Of a DNA stretch of 64,000 bases, positions 10,020 to 19,208 are shown in pieces. Source of the stretch: Alphaproteobacteria bacterium. GTDB lineage: Bacteria; Pseudomonadota; Alphaproteobacteria; M2410. The stretch is taken from NCBI GenBank assembly GCA_030614785.1, contig JAUWTJ010000001.1:65180-129179 (forward strand). Reading direction: 5' to 3'. A program made the translations under genes and the position numbers. Positions within the stretch are counted from its first letter, which is position 1. The number at the start of each line of letters is the position of its first letter. The notes beneath the pieces were generated by a model. That model was not told where the DNA came from, did no database searches, and was given only the letters and a program-made list of their open reading frames with translations.

Positions 10020-12527
10020 CTAGAACTCACTCCAGTCTTCATCTTCCTTGATAGCGGTTGCCACGGCCGCCTGCATTTGACGGACCGGAACGGGCCCACG
10101 TACAGGTAATGGCACTTTGCGTACTGCGCTGGCATGAGCTGCGCTCTCGCCGCCGAGCTGGAAAAAGCCCATTCGCGAGTGCATCGCCTCGGACTGATCC
10201 CGCAGCGTCTTGGCAGCGGCGGCATTTTCTTCAACCAGAGCAGAGTTCTGCTGCGTGACTTCATCCATGCCGCTAACGGCCTTGTTGATTTCAGCAACAC
10301 CGGTGGCCTGTTCCTCACTGGCCGCCGCGATTTCAGACACAATGTCTGTCACCTTTCGGATCGAGTCGACGATTTCAGTCAGAGCACCGCCAGCCTCGCC
10401 CACCAGAGACACGCCCTTTGTGACCTGGCCGGAACTTTCATCGATAAGCTCCTTGATGTCCTTGGCAGCCTGTGTCGAGCGTTGTGCAAGCGTTCGAACT
10501 TCGGAAGCGACAACCGCAAATCCGCGCCCGGCATCCCCGGCCCTGGCCGCTTCAACTGAAGCATTAAGAGCAAGGAGATTTGTCTGGAATGCAATCTCGT
10601 CAATGACGCCGATGATGTCGGAAATCTTGCCGGACGACTCTTCTATGCTGGCCATGGCAGAAACAGCATTTTCCACAATGCCACCGCCCTTGGTGGCAAC
10701 GTCGCGAGCCGTGGTAGAAAGTTGGTTGGCTTGCTGCGCATTTTCGGCATTTTGTTTGACCGTTCCGGCCATTTGCTCCATGGAGGCTGCAGTTTCCTGC
10801 AAGGCCGAAGCCTGCTGTTCCGTCCGCGATGACAAATCAGTCGTTCCACTGGAGATTTCTTCAGACGCATTGGAAACTTCGTTTGCCGCAGATTGCAACT
10901 CACCGATGATCTCCGCCAGACGTTCCGACGTATTATTGGTGTTCTGCTTGATATCATCAAACAGACCCTGGTAGTCTTCATTGATTCTATCGGTCAGATC
11001 ACCTTTGGCCAGATTCTCCAGTACGTTTCCGAGGTTCTTCATGATGTCTTCAACATTGGCGGACTGAGTATTGAGACTTTCCGCGAGATTGCGCATAAAG
11101 CCTTCCTTGCCTTCAAGCGGAATACGGATCGATAGATCACCCGCAACGGCTTTTGTGACCAGATTTTCGATTTCACCTTCAACCAGTTTTTCCATCGTCT
11201 CGTTTTTCCACTCGACGACCGTACCGACTTTGACGCCGTCAGCACCAAGAACCGGATTGACGGTCAGGTGGAAATTCATCCCGCCGGCCAGAACATCGGC
11301 CTCGTAGGTTGACGTGAGACCTTCAAGCAAACCACGTTGGTGAGCCGGATTTTTGTGGAAGATATCGATACATGTACCGATCAGGTTATTGGCATCAAGA
11401 GCAGGAATATCCCTTCTCAAATCGGCTTCCGCACCACGCATCATGCTGGTCATTGTGTCATTCATGTAAACGATGTTGAGGTCGGGATCGGCCAGCATGA
11501 CATTGGTACTGCACTTGTCCAGCGCAGACCGAATTCTGGAATTCTCGTCGGCCTGGCTCTTGGCTTCACGTTGCCGTGCGTTTTCAGCCGTCACATCCGC
11601 CCACTCAACCACAGTACCTATGCGTTCACCGGCATCATCGTTAATCGGTGAGACAACAAGATCAAAATCAAGACCCCCGATTTCCAGAGAGGTTTCTGTA
11701 GTGCTGCTCAAAGCATCAAGAATGCGCCTTTGATGAGCCGGGTTCTTGTGGAAGATATCGATATTGCTACCTTCCAGCTTCCGCGCATCAAAGTTCGGCA
11801 GATCCTCTCGCAACGCCACCTCATTGCCGCGCATCATTTCGCTCATCGTGTCGTTGAGATAGACCAGATTGTAGTCGGCATCAGCCACCATGACATTGGT
11901 CCGACAGCTATCAAGGGCAGAGCGCAGTCGGGCATTCACCATCGACAATTGCCTGTCAGCCTCTTCAGCGCGCAATCTGTCGGTCATGTCATCCCATTCA
12001 ACGACCGTTCCGGTACGAACCTTTTTCTCATCGAAAATCGGATTGGCGATCAAGGAAAACGTGCGGCCACCGGCTGTTATTTGCGTTCTGTAGGTGCTGG
12101 TCAAACCGTGAACCATGCTCCGCTGGTGAGCGGGGTTCTTGTGAAAAGCATCAATATTAGTACCGATGAGCTGATCGGCGTTAAAGCCGGACAGCTCCGA
12201 TTTCAAATCCGCTTCTGCGTTCTTCATCATCGCCAGCATGGTCTGATTCATATAGATGATGTTGAAATCCGCATCCGCGATCATCACATTCTGATCACAG
12301 GTCTGCAGGGCAGTCGCAATGCGTGAATCGCTTTCCCCTGCCGTACTTTGTACAAACCGTGTATAGAAGATCAAAGCCAGTCCGGCGAGACCGACAATCC
12401 CTCCAGCGTAGGCCCACAGGGGCCCAAAGGCCTGATACAATCCAAATGAACCAAATTGCACCACTGCGATGGCTCCGACCATGACGGCCAGACGGATCCA
12501 CCGTTCGTTAAAATCAACATTAGACAT
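10020..12527 (-). CDS. MCP with two N-terminal TM helices, three Aer2-type PAS repeats, HAMP-like region, signalling domain and CheR-tether pentapeptide
   Basis: 3x NVM.AD.D.N..Y.N / ID.FHKNPAHQR / GTVVEW; QTNLLALNASVEAARAG; ends DWSEF. Confidence 0.92.
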   Translation of the reverse strand: MSNVDFNERWIRLAVMVGAIAVVQFGSFGLYQAFGPLWAYAGGIVGLAGLALIFYTRFVQSTAGESDSRIATALQTCDQNVMIADADFNIIYMNQTMLAMMKNAEADLKSELSGFNADQLIGTNIDAFHKNPAHQRSMVHGLTSTYRTQITAGGRTFSLIANPIFDEKKVRTGTVVEWDDMTDRLRAEEADRQLSMVNARLRSALDSCRTNVMVADADYNLVYLNDTMSEMMRGNEVALREDLPNFDARKLEGSNIDIFHKNPAHQRRILDALSSTTETSLEIGGLDFDLVVSPINDDAGERIGTVVEWADVTAENARQREAKSQADENSRIRSALDKCSTNVMLADPDLNIVYMNDTMTSMMRGAEADLRRDIPALDANNLIGTCIDIFHKNPAHQRGLLEGLTSTYEADVLAGGMNFHLTVNPVLGADGVKVGTVVEWKNETMEKLVEGEIENLVTKAVAGDLSIRIPLEGKEGFMRNLAESLNTQSANVEDIMKNLGNVLENLAKGDLTDRINEDYQGLFDDIKQNTNNTSERLAEIIGELQSAANEVSNASEEISSGTTDLSSRTEQQASALQETAASMEQMAGTVKQNAENAQQANQLSTTARDVATKGGGIVENAVSAMASIEESSGKISDIIGVIDEIAFQTNLLALNASVEAARAGDAGRGFAVVASEVRTLAQRSTQAAKDIKELIDESSGQVTKGVSLVGEAGGALTEIVDSIRKVTDIVSEIAAASEEQATGVAEINKAVSGMDEVTQQNSALVEENAAAAKTLRDQSEAMHSRMGFFQLGGESAAHASAVRKVPLPVRGPVPVRQMQAAVATAIKEDEDWSEF

Positions 12528-12565
12528 CTTCTTCACCCTTTCTTCGCGCAACCGCGAAATATGAA

Positions 12566-13117
12566 TCAACGGACTTGATCGTCCTGATTTTCGGCGATTG
12601 CACCGAACTCCTCACCTTGTAATAAACTTGATAACGAGAGGATGGCGACCATCTCCTCATCCAGGGCTATCAATCCCTTCAAATATCGCGCATCGGGCGA
12701 TTGCCCGGCCTCGGGAACATCCTTGACCTGGCTCCGCTCCGTACTAAGAATATCTGACACAGCATCGACCAGCAGACCTACGATCTGCTCACCTACATTG
12801 ACAATAATCACGACGTGCATCGGCGTCGCGTCTGTTTTCTCACCCCAAAATCTGTTTCTCAGATCAATAATCGGAACAACGATCCCGCGCAGGTTCAAGA
12901 CCCCGCGCACGTATTTCGGTTGATTGGGCAGTCCTGTAATTTCCGTCCAACCCTTGATTTCACGGCATCGCATAATATCCACGGCGTATTGACCATCGCC
13001 AACGCGAAAACTGATATACTGACTTTCGTCGACCGCAGATTGGAGATGGTTCATTGCCAGACCCGTGGGGGCCAGGCCCGTATCCCCTGATGTATCAATT
13101 GCCACTGCTTCCATCAC
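12566..13117 (-). CDS. cheW: Chemotaxis scaffold CheW
   Basis: YVRGVLNLRGIVVPIIDLR, GLLVDAVSDI. Confidence 0.95.
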   Translation of the reverse strand: MMEAVAIDTSGDTGLAPTGLAMNHLQSAVDESQYISFRVGDGQYAVDIMRCREIKGWTEITGLPNQPKYVRGVLNLRGIVVPIIDLRNRFWGEKTDATPMHVVIIVNVGEQIVGLLVDAVSDILSTERSQVKDVPEAGQSPDARYLKGLIALDEEMVAILSLSSLLQGEEFGAIAENQDDQVR

Positions 13118-13142
13118 ATGTTTCCTTCACTCAAACGGCAGA

Positions 13143-15305
13143 TCAAACTGCCTCTGCTTCAATTTTGACAACATCTGCTTTAGACGTATCTGTCTTCATG
13201 ATGTCTGCACCGGGATCCTTGCTGCCTCCGGAGCTGTGGAGAGTCACGCCTTCAAAACTGTCAACATCGACAATTAGCGCGACCATTCCGTCGCCCAGAA
13301 TCGTGGCGCCGGAAACCCCCGGGATGATCTTGTAGTTCTCTTCCATACTTTTGATGACGACCTGTTGCTGGCCGAGCAATTCATCGACGACAAGGCCGAT
13401 TTTCTTGCCTGACGCCAATTCCACAAGGACCACCAAAGCCTTGGCCGGATCGGTTTCCGCGCCCTTGACGTCAAACACCTGCGACAGGTGCACAAGCCGC
13501 AAGACCTCGCCACGGATATGCATAACTTCAAGGCCGTCCGTCAGCTTTCGAATTGAACCTGGTTCAGGACGCACCGTTTCGATAATCGTCGTCAGCGGCA
13601 GGATATATTTCTGGGTTCCAACTGAAATCAACATGCCGTCAAGAATGGCCAGTGTGAGGGGTAGCGTCAGAGTGAAGGTTGTCCCGACACCCATTTCCGA
13701 CTCGACCATTGTACGCCCGCCCAGAGCAAGTATGTTCCGGCGCACCACATCCATGCCGACGCCGCGCCCGGAGACCTCGCTGACCTCTTCGGCTGTTGAG
13801 AACCCCGGATGAAAAATAAGTTCATCAACTTCTTCAGGCGTCAGGTTCTGGTCTTTTGCAACAACACCGCGCTCTATTGCTTTTTCAAGGACCCTGTCGC
13901 GGTCAATGCCGCGTCCGTCGTCTGACACCTGAATCAGAATTCGTCCTGAGCGATGCTCTGCGGAGAGTTTGATCGTCCCTGTTTCCGGTTTTCCTGCGGC
14001 AAGGCGTTCTGCCGGAGGTTCAATCCCGTGATCCAGAGAGTTCCGGATCATGTGCGTTAACGGATCGCCCAGTTCTTCAATGACGGTTTTGTCAACTTCG
14101 GTCGTTTCACCGCAGGTTTCGAGGTCAATTTTCTTTCCGAGCTTGGCGGACAGATCTCTGACGACCCGAGGCATGCGCGAAAACACCGATTTAACCGGCT
14201 GCATCCGAATAGCCATAACGCCTTCCTGCAGGTGCCGCGTCCTGAGTGCCAGATCTTCAAGACCCTGCAGTTCAACAGCCGCGCGCGGACCAAGAGCCAG
14301 GGAAATATCCTGAACGACCATGGACTGAGCAATCACCATCTCGCTAACCTGGTTGACCAATCGGTCAACCCGGTCGAGATCAACTCGAATTGAGGTAATT
14401 TGAGAGCCGGCTTTCTGTTTGCCGGACTTTGAAGCAGAGGTGGTCTTCTGCGAGACCGCTTCGGTTTCCGCCACCGCAGATGGCATCAACAGCTCTGGCT
14501 CTTCCACACTGGCTGCGGTTTCCGCATCTGTCTCGCGGGCTACACCCGCTTCCTCAGTAATCTCAAGATCACAATCATCAATGACAAACTCGAAGACCTC
14601 GTCAACATCTGCTCGCGAGCACGAACTTTCAAGCGTCAACAGCCAGTGAAAATAGGCATCCTCAACTTCCATCGTTCTGAAATCGGGAAGCTTCGTGCTA
14701 TCAAGCACGATGTCCAGCTGCCCCAAAGATCGCAGCTCGCGAATAATCAGGAGGGGTTCATTGGCATGCCTGAATAATTCCGCCTTGGGACGGAAGGCGA
14801 TCGAGTAGATCGTATCGGCGGAAGCAGTATCGTCAGAATTTCCGTCAGTGTCATCGAGCAGGTCTTCAGTCGCCGCACCGCTTGAGCTTTCACCATCACC
14901 GGTTCCTGACAACAGGTCTTCGAGAAGCGCTCTGACGTCTTCGTCTGAACCACCTTCAAATTCAACATCCTCTTCTGCCGCAGCAACAAGATCTGCCAAC
15001 ACATCACCGCCACGGATCATGATGTCGATAACATTCTGATTAATGTCTAGTTTGTCCTGGCGCATTTGATCCAGCACCGATTCAAATATGTGCGTATAGG
15101 CGACAAGACGGTCAAACTTGAAGGCGCCCGCGCCGGCCTTCATAGAGTGGACCGCTCGAAAAATGGCGTTGAGGTCTTCAAAATCGATCGCATCGACAGT
15201 TAGTGTGGTGACCTTATCTTCCAACACCTCCAGGAGCTCGCGGCACTCCTCGAAATACGTCTTCTTGAATATCGCATAGGGATCTTCATCAGGAAGATTT
15301 GACAT
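13143..15305 (-). CDS. cheA: Chemotaxis histidine kinase CheA
   Basis: FRAVHSMKAGA (P1), HMIRNSLDHG, SGRGVGMDVV, P5; AGGAGG RBS before ATG 15305. Confidence 0.97.
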   Translation of the reverse strand: MSNLPDEDPYAIFKKTYFEECRELLEVLEDKVTTLTVDAIDFEDLNAIFRAVHSMKAGAGAFKFDRLVAYTHIFESVLDQMRQDKLDINQNVIDIMIRGGDVLADLVAAAEEDVEFEGGSDEDVRALLEDLLSGTGDGESSSGAATEDLLDDTDGNSDDTASADTIYSIAFRPKAELFRHANEPLLIIRELRSLGQLDIVLDSTKLPDFRTMEVEDAYFHWLLTLESSCSRADVDEVFEFVIDDCDLEITEEAGVARETDAETAASVEEPELLMPSAVAETEAVSQKTTSASKSGKQKAGSQITSIRVDLDRVDRLVNQVSEMVIAQSMVVQDISLALGPRAAVELQGLEDLALRTRHLQEGVMAIRMQPVKSVFSRMPRVVRDLSAKLGKKIDLETCGETTEVDKTVIEELGDPLTHMIRNSLDHGIEPPAERLAAGKPETGTIKLSAEHRSGRILIQVSDDGRGIDRDRVLEKAIERGVVAKDQNLTPEEVDELIFHPGFSTAEEVSEVSGRGVGMDVVRRNILALGGRTMVESEMGVGTTFTLTLPLTLAILDGMLISVGTQKYILPLTTIIETVRPEPGSIRKLTDGLEVMHIRGEVLRLVHLSQVFDVKGAETDPAKALVVLVELASGKKIGLVVDELLGQQQVVIKSMEENYKIIPGVSGATILGDGMVALIVDVDSFEGVTLHSSGGSKDPGADIMKTDTSKADVVKIEAEAV

Positions 15306-15319
15306 TGTGGAAACTCCTC

Positions 15320-15685
15320 CTATGGACACACTTTGTTGACGACTTGCAGAAGTTTTTCCGGATCGAAGGGCTTCACTATCCAGCCTGTTGCACCGGCAGC
15401 TCTGCCTTGCTGGCGTTTCTCGTCATCCGTTTCCGTGGTAAGCATGAGGATTGGCGTCGCCTTGAAGTCCGCTTGCCCGCGCAGCTCCTTGACGAGAGTA
15501 ATGCCATCCATAATCGGCATATTGATATCTGTTATAACAACATCAATGCGCTTGCCGGAAACCTTGGACAGAGCATCCTGTCCGTCTACGGCCTCCAGGA
15601 CGTCAAATCCGGCGCCTTTTAGCGTAAAGGCAACCATGTCCCGCATGGTCTTGGAATCATCGACAGTAAGAATCAACTTGCTCAT
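15320..15685 (-). CDS. cheY: Chemotaxis response regulator CheY
   Basis: Single REC: LTVDDS, TDINMP, GWIVKPF; directly upstream of cheA. Confidence 0.93.
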   Translation of the reverse strand: MSKLILTVDDSKTMRDMVAFTLKGAGFDVLEAVDGQDALSKVSGKRIDVVITDINMPIMDGITLVKELRGQADFKATPILMLTTETDDEKRQQGRAAGATGWIVKPFDPEKLLQVVNKVCP

Positions 15686-16032
15686 TTATCAGCACTCCAC
15701 AAATCCAGTTCCGCAGCCAGGCCAAGATCAGAAAATGATCGGGCCATAACCTCTGACGGGTCTTTAAACACCACATCCACATTTTCCCCGGCGAAACTTT
15801 GGCGAGCCGCCACAAGTAGCTGGATGATCGAGGTATCCATCCGTTCCACCCCTGAGCCATCAACAGTGAGGCGATCCACATCACATGCAGCACGCAGAAT
15901 CTCTTCTTTGACCCGCGTTGCGCTCGAAAGATCACAGTATGAAGGCAACTCAAAAAACCCTTTGGGGTCAGTCGCCTTCGATGATGCGTTTACGACTTTT
16001 TCTGTCGCTTCATTCTTTGCAACTTTAGCCAC
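15682..16032 (-). CDS. STAS-domain protein heading the chemotaxis operon
   Basis: VDGSGVERMDTSIIQLL pattern; overlaps the cheY start. Confidence 0.8.
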   Translation of the reverse strand: MAKVAKNEATEKVVNASSKATDPKGFFELPSYCDLSSATRVKEEILRAACDVDRLTVDGSGVERMDTSIIQLLVAARQSFAGENVDVVFKDPSEVMARSFSDLGLAAELDLWSADK

Positions 16033-16145
16033 AACCTCTCCTGATCGTTATCAGCCGCTAAAAAGCCCCGTGAACTGGAAACCGGATATTTCAGACTCGG
16101 GGCGACTCCCTAATACCGTAGCTTAGAGACTAAACTACAATGCCC

Positions 16146-16160
16146 TTAAGATTGGGTTAC
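16146..16160. promoter_or_regulatory. CtrA-like box (one mismatch) upstream of the chemotaxis operon
   Basis: TTAA-GATTGGG-TTAC versus consensus TTAA-N7-TTAA. Confidence 0.5.
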
Positions 16161-16418
16161 GCACTGGCATTTCCATCGCAGATTATTCGTATGAAATTTT
16201 GTGGAATCAGTGTACTGATGCTAGTAGGAAGCCATCAAGTCTTTGCGCGAAAACGGCGGCGAGAGGTCGTTCTTCATTGCGTTTGACGATCAATCGCATT
16301 TACAAATCACTCTACACAATTCGCTCTGTAGCGCGCTCTGAGCCGCAGCAGGTGGGTGGTCAATGGAACTAAACCTGCAATCAAACAGGCTGGTCCTTGC
16401 CGCCGCAATCCCTGTGAG

Positions 16419-16907
16419 CTACCCCCTGGCCTGAAATTCATCCAGTCGCGCAAAGCCCTGAAACAGGAGCCCCTTGAAGGCTTCGTCCATTTCTGTTTGC
16501 CCGGCAGCTTCAATCATGACGCCTGCAAGGATCATATAGGTGGCCGTCCACGCTTCTTTAACGGCTGGAGTAAAGGCGGCACCAAGCCCCTGCTCCAATG
16601 TCCACAAAAGCGCAGTAGCGACGGTTTGATAGTGAGACTCCTTAACCCCGAATTTCGCATGGCTGGCCCCAAGAGCCTGTACCGTCGGTATAATCTTGTC
16701 CAGATTTCTCAGGCTGGACACCGAAACGCCCAATGTGGCCATTAACTTGCGACCCTGCTCAACCATATCGCCCTTAAAGAGGGGGCGCAGGGAGGGATCA
16801 AGCTCGAACAATCGACTGTAGAACAGGTCAGCGGCCTGCTCCTTGATTTTTGCCACCGCCTGAAACGAGGTTTCCACAAGATCGATTTGTTTCGGAGTCA
16901 AACTCAT
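16419..16907 (-). CDS. Single-domain globin (flavohaemoglobin-like family) with short C-terminal extension
   Basis: LFYSRLFELDP..RPLF, EQGRKL, LGASHAKFGV, HY. Confidence 0.9.
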   Translation of the reverse strand: MSLTPKQIDLVETSFQAVAKIKEQAADLFYSRLFELDPSLRPLFKGDMVEQGRKLMATLGVSVSSLRNLDKIIPTVQALGASHAKFGVKESHYQTVATALLWTLEQGLGAAFTPAVKEAWTATYMILAGVMIEAAGQTEMDEAFKGLLFQGFARLDEFQARG

Positions 16908-17491
16908 TTTATTGATCTTCCATAAACGGGACACAAACAGGTTTTGGGTCGAAAAATTGCCCTTCTCTACAGGTGGGCAGCTAATTCATTCTCGCTTTTT
17001 ATATTAGATACTTAACAACATAATCGTGAAAAATCCGTTACGATCGGTTGTTGCGAATGCTTTGCAACCAGGACCGATCAGTAGCCTTTCTCGACTGCAT
17101 TGTCAGCAGGGCCCGTGTTGCGGAAAAAGAGCCCTGCGTTGGATGCCATATACAAGGCTCCTGCGCGCGCGACATTGATATAGTTTTGGTGTGTAGCGTG
17201 AACTGGATCGAAGAGGCTACTACGGGATTTTACTGCCTTCTCAATCAACTCCACTCGGACGGCTCCAACCTCGCCCTAAATCAACAAGGGACGAAATGAG
17301 ATCGACGGATACGACATTAACACAGCCTCCTCAGGCACGAAACAGAGGAGACTAATCACCTCCCGGCACATCGATGAATCGCAAAAGTACCAAAAAGTAG
17401 ACATTTCAGATTCCGCTGCCTGACACGAAAACTCCTGCGCTCGATTGGAACGCCTAACCCTTTGATCTAATACATCTATCTGGAAAGAAAA

Positions 17492-17568
17492 TGGTACCGC
17501 CTCCCTGACTTGAACAGGGTACCTCTAGATCCACAATCTAGCGCTCTAACCGGGTGAGCTAAGGCGGC
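17492..17568 (-). tRNA. tRNA-His (GUG)
   Basis: GCCGCCTTAGCTCACCCGGTTAGAGCGCTAGATTGTGGATCTAGAGGTACCCTGTTCAAGTCAGGGAGGCGGTACCA; cloverleaf, encoded CCA. Confidence 0.97.
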
Positions 17569-17719
17569 ACATCGTCAAAGATCCGGGGTCCGGACCACAA
17601 GGGGCAGCAAAGCCCCTGAACGGAACGGGACATTATCTCTTTGAAAACTGGAATTCAAGCGCCGTTTTCAAGAAAGAGATGGGCAATGGCAAAGCAGCGG
17701 ATCAGCCAGTCTGATCGGA

Positions 17720-18235
17720 CTAACCGAGCCGCCCTGCGACGGCTTCCTGAAGCTCCTTCAACAGGATCTTGCAATGGTCTTCCGAGCCGTCCGGCCTGGA
17801 GAACTCCGCAGCCGCGAAGGCAATGGCGCTCAGGTGGGGCTTGATCAAAGCCAGATCTCCGTCGTCCATCAGTCCTTCTTTCATTGCCAGACGATCCAGC
17901 GATTTTGCGATGTTTCCGACGATATCCAGACCGCAGGTGCCGCAGAAGGCATAGACCTGTGCTGCGAGCCTCGATAGCTCGCTGCGCAGCACTTTGTGAT
18001 CGCCTGAGCGCTCCCTTTCCACGACGTCCTCAATCTGCGAAAGATGGTGTATCACCTCTTCCAAACAGTCACCCTTCATTGCAAGTGCCGCCTGTTGCGC
18101 CCTTTCCATGGCACGAGGTGGCAAGCCTTTGTCGCCGGCTTTGGACTTAAGCAGGTTAGGACGCTCAATGACTTTGAACGAAGCCCCGCCCTCCCGGCCG
18201 GCTTGTGGTTTTCGCTTCACCTGTGTGGTCATCAT
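17720..18235 (-). CDS. Hpt-like helical protein lacking the phospho-His
   Basis: PNLLKSK N-terminal motif and LAAQVYAFCGTCG..VGNIAKSL; downstream of the Cle-like regulator. Confidence 0.55.
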   Translation of the reverse strand: MMTTQVKRKPQAGREGGASFKVIERPNLLKSKAGDKGLPPRAMERAQQAALAMKGDCLEEVIHHLSQIEDVVERERSGDHKVLRSELSRLAAQVYAFCGTCGLDIVGNIAKSLDRLAMKEGLMDDGDLALIKPHLSAIAFAAAEFSRPDGSEDHCKILLKELQEAVAGRLG

Positions 18236-18345
18236 CTTCCCTCAAGTTAATAGTGGTCTTCGCGGTAGTATCAAAACCTGGCTTCCAGCTGCTCTTTCAG
18301 TTTATTGCATATCGGCTCATGCCCGCTCATCCGCCAGCGCTGGCA

Positions 18346-18843
18346 TCAGTCAATAAAAGACACGTCGCGGCGTTCATCTTTAGCCCAGTCCGCAAGACTG
18401 GAACGCCGACGGTCTGGCCCAAAAAAACTCTTTGTCTCGACAAAATCCCGCGGCCGCTCGATCACCATCTCAATGCGTTTATAGAGCGCCTGGGGAGACA
18501 CCGGTTTGGCCAGAAACTCTGTCGCCCCTGCCTGGCGAGCCGCCAGGATGTTGGTCATTTCTGTATGGCCTGTCAGCATGATAATCGGCACAAAACGGTT
18601 GGGGCTCTGATCATCGCTACGCAGCGTCTTGATGAATTCAACGCCATCCATAGGTGCCATATTATAATCGCATATGATGAAGTCCGGTTTGAGACTGGTG
18701 AGTACCTTTAGTGCAGACTCGCCACATTTGGCCGTGTGAACATCGGCAAATCCAAACGCCAGCAAGAGCGCGCGCAGGAGCTGCTGCATGTTGGTACAAT
18801 CGTCAACGATCAAAACCGTCAATCGTTCAAAGTTATATGACAT
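18346..18843 (-). CDS. Cle-type CheY-like response regulator with c-di-GMP-binding arginine-rich tail
   Basis: REC plus PRDFVETKSFFGPDRRR. Confidence 0.82.
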   Translation of the reverse strand: MSYNFERLTVLIVDDCTNMQQLLRALLLAFGFADVHTAKCGESALKVLTSLKPDFIICDYNMAPMDGVEFIKTLRSDDQSPNRFVPIIMLTGHTEMTNILAARQAGATEFLAKPVSPQALYKRIEMVIERPRDFVETKSFFGPDRRRSSLADWAKDERRDVSFID

Positions 18844-18969
18844 CTCAGCCCCTTCCGAATTTCGTGGTATCACCTGATACTTCGATCTTTAATCGATCTT
18901 TATTCGACTTTGATATCGTCCGGCACCTTCCAGAAAACTAATTCCGAAAATCCGTTTCGATTGAAATCG

Positions 18970-18984
18970 GTAATCTTTTGTTAA
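18970..18984. promoter_or_regulatory. CtrA-like box upstream of the Cle-type gene
   Basis: GTAA-TCTTTTG-TTAA (TTAA-N7-TTAC on the minus strand). Confidence 0.5.
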
Positions 18985-19208
18985 GGTAGTTTAGAAATAC
19001 ACCTACCCTCGCAAAAAAAACATATAATTATCAAACACTTACACCATTGCAAACAAAGTCAGATCCACTGACACATATTCTCTGATCCGGTTCACTTTTT
19101 GTAAATAAAGTCCATTTGATGCCTTGATCTGAACCGGAACATTGTTAACCCCAGGCCAGCGCTCCACCCGACTGTGCTACAATGGACCGCTGGCAAAGGG
19201 AGAGGAAA

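Noticed and set aside
11200-12300. Repeated DNA segments at roughly 390-nt spacing
   Set aside because: Explained by three coding PAS repeats; not CRISPR or a mobile repeat
16164-16181. TGGCAT-N5-TCGCA sigma-54-like element
   Set aside because: Mismatched and oriented away from the operon, with no plus-strand gene downstream
17048-17299. 83-aa ORF near tRNA-His
   Set aside because: No recognisable motif, RBS or integrase residues; probably spurious
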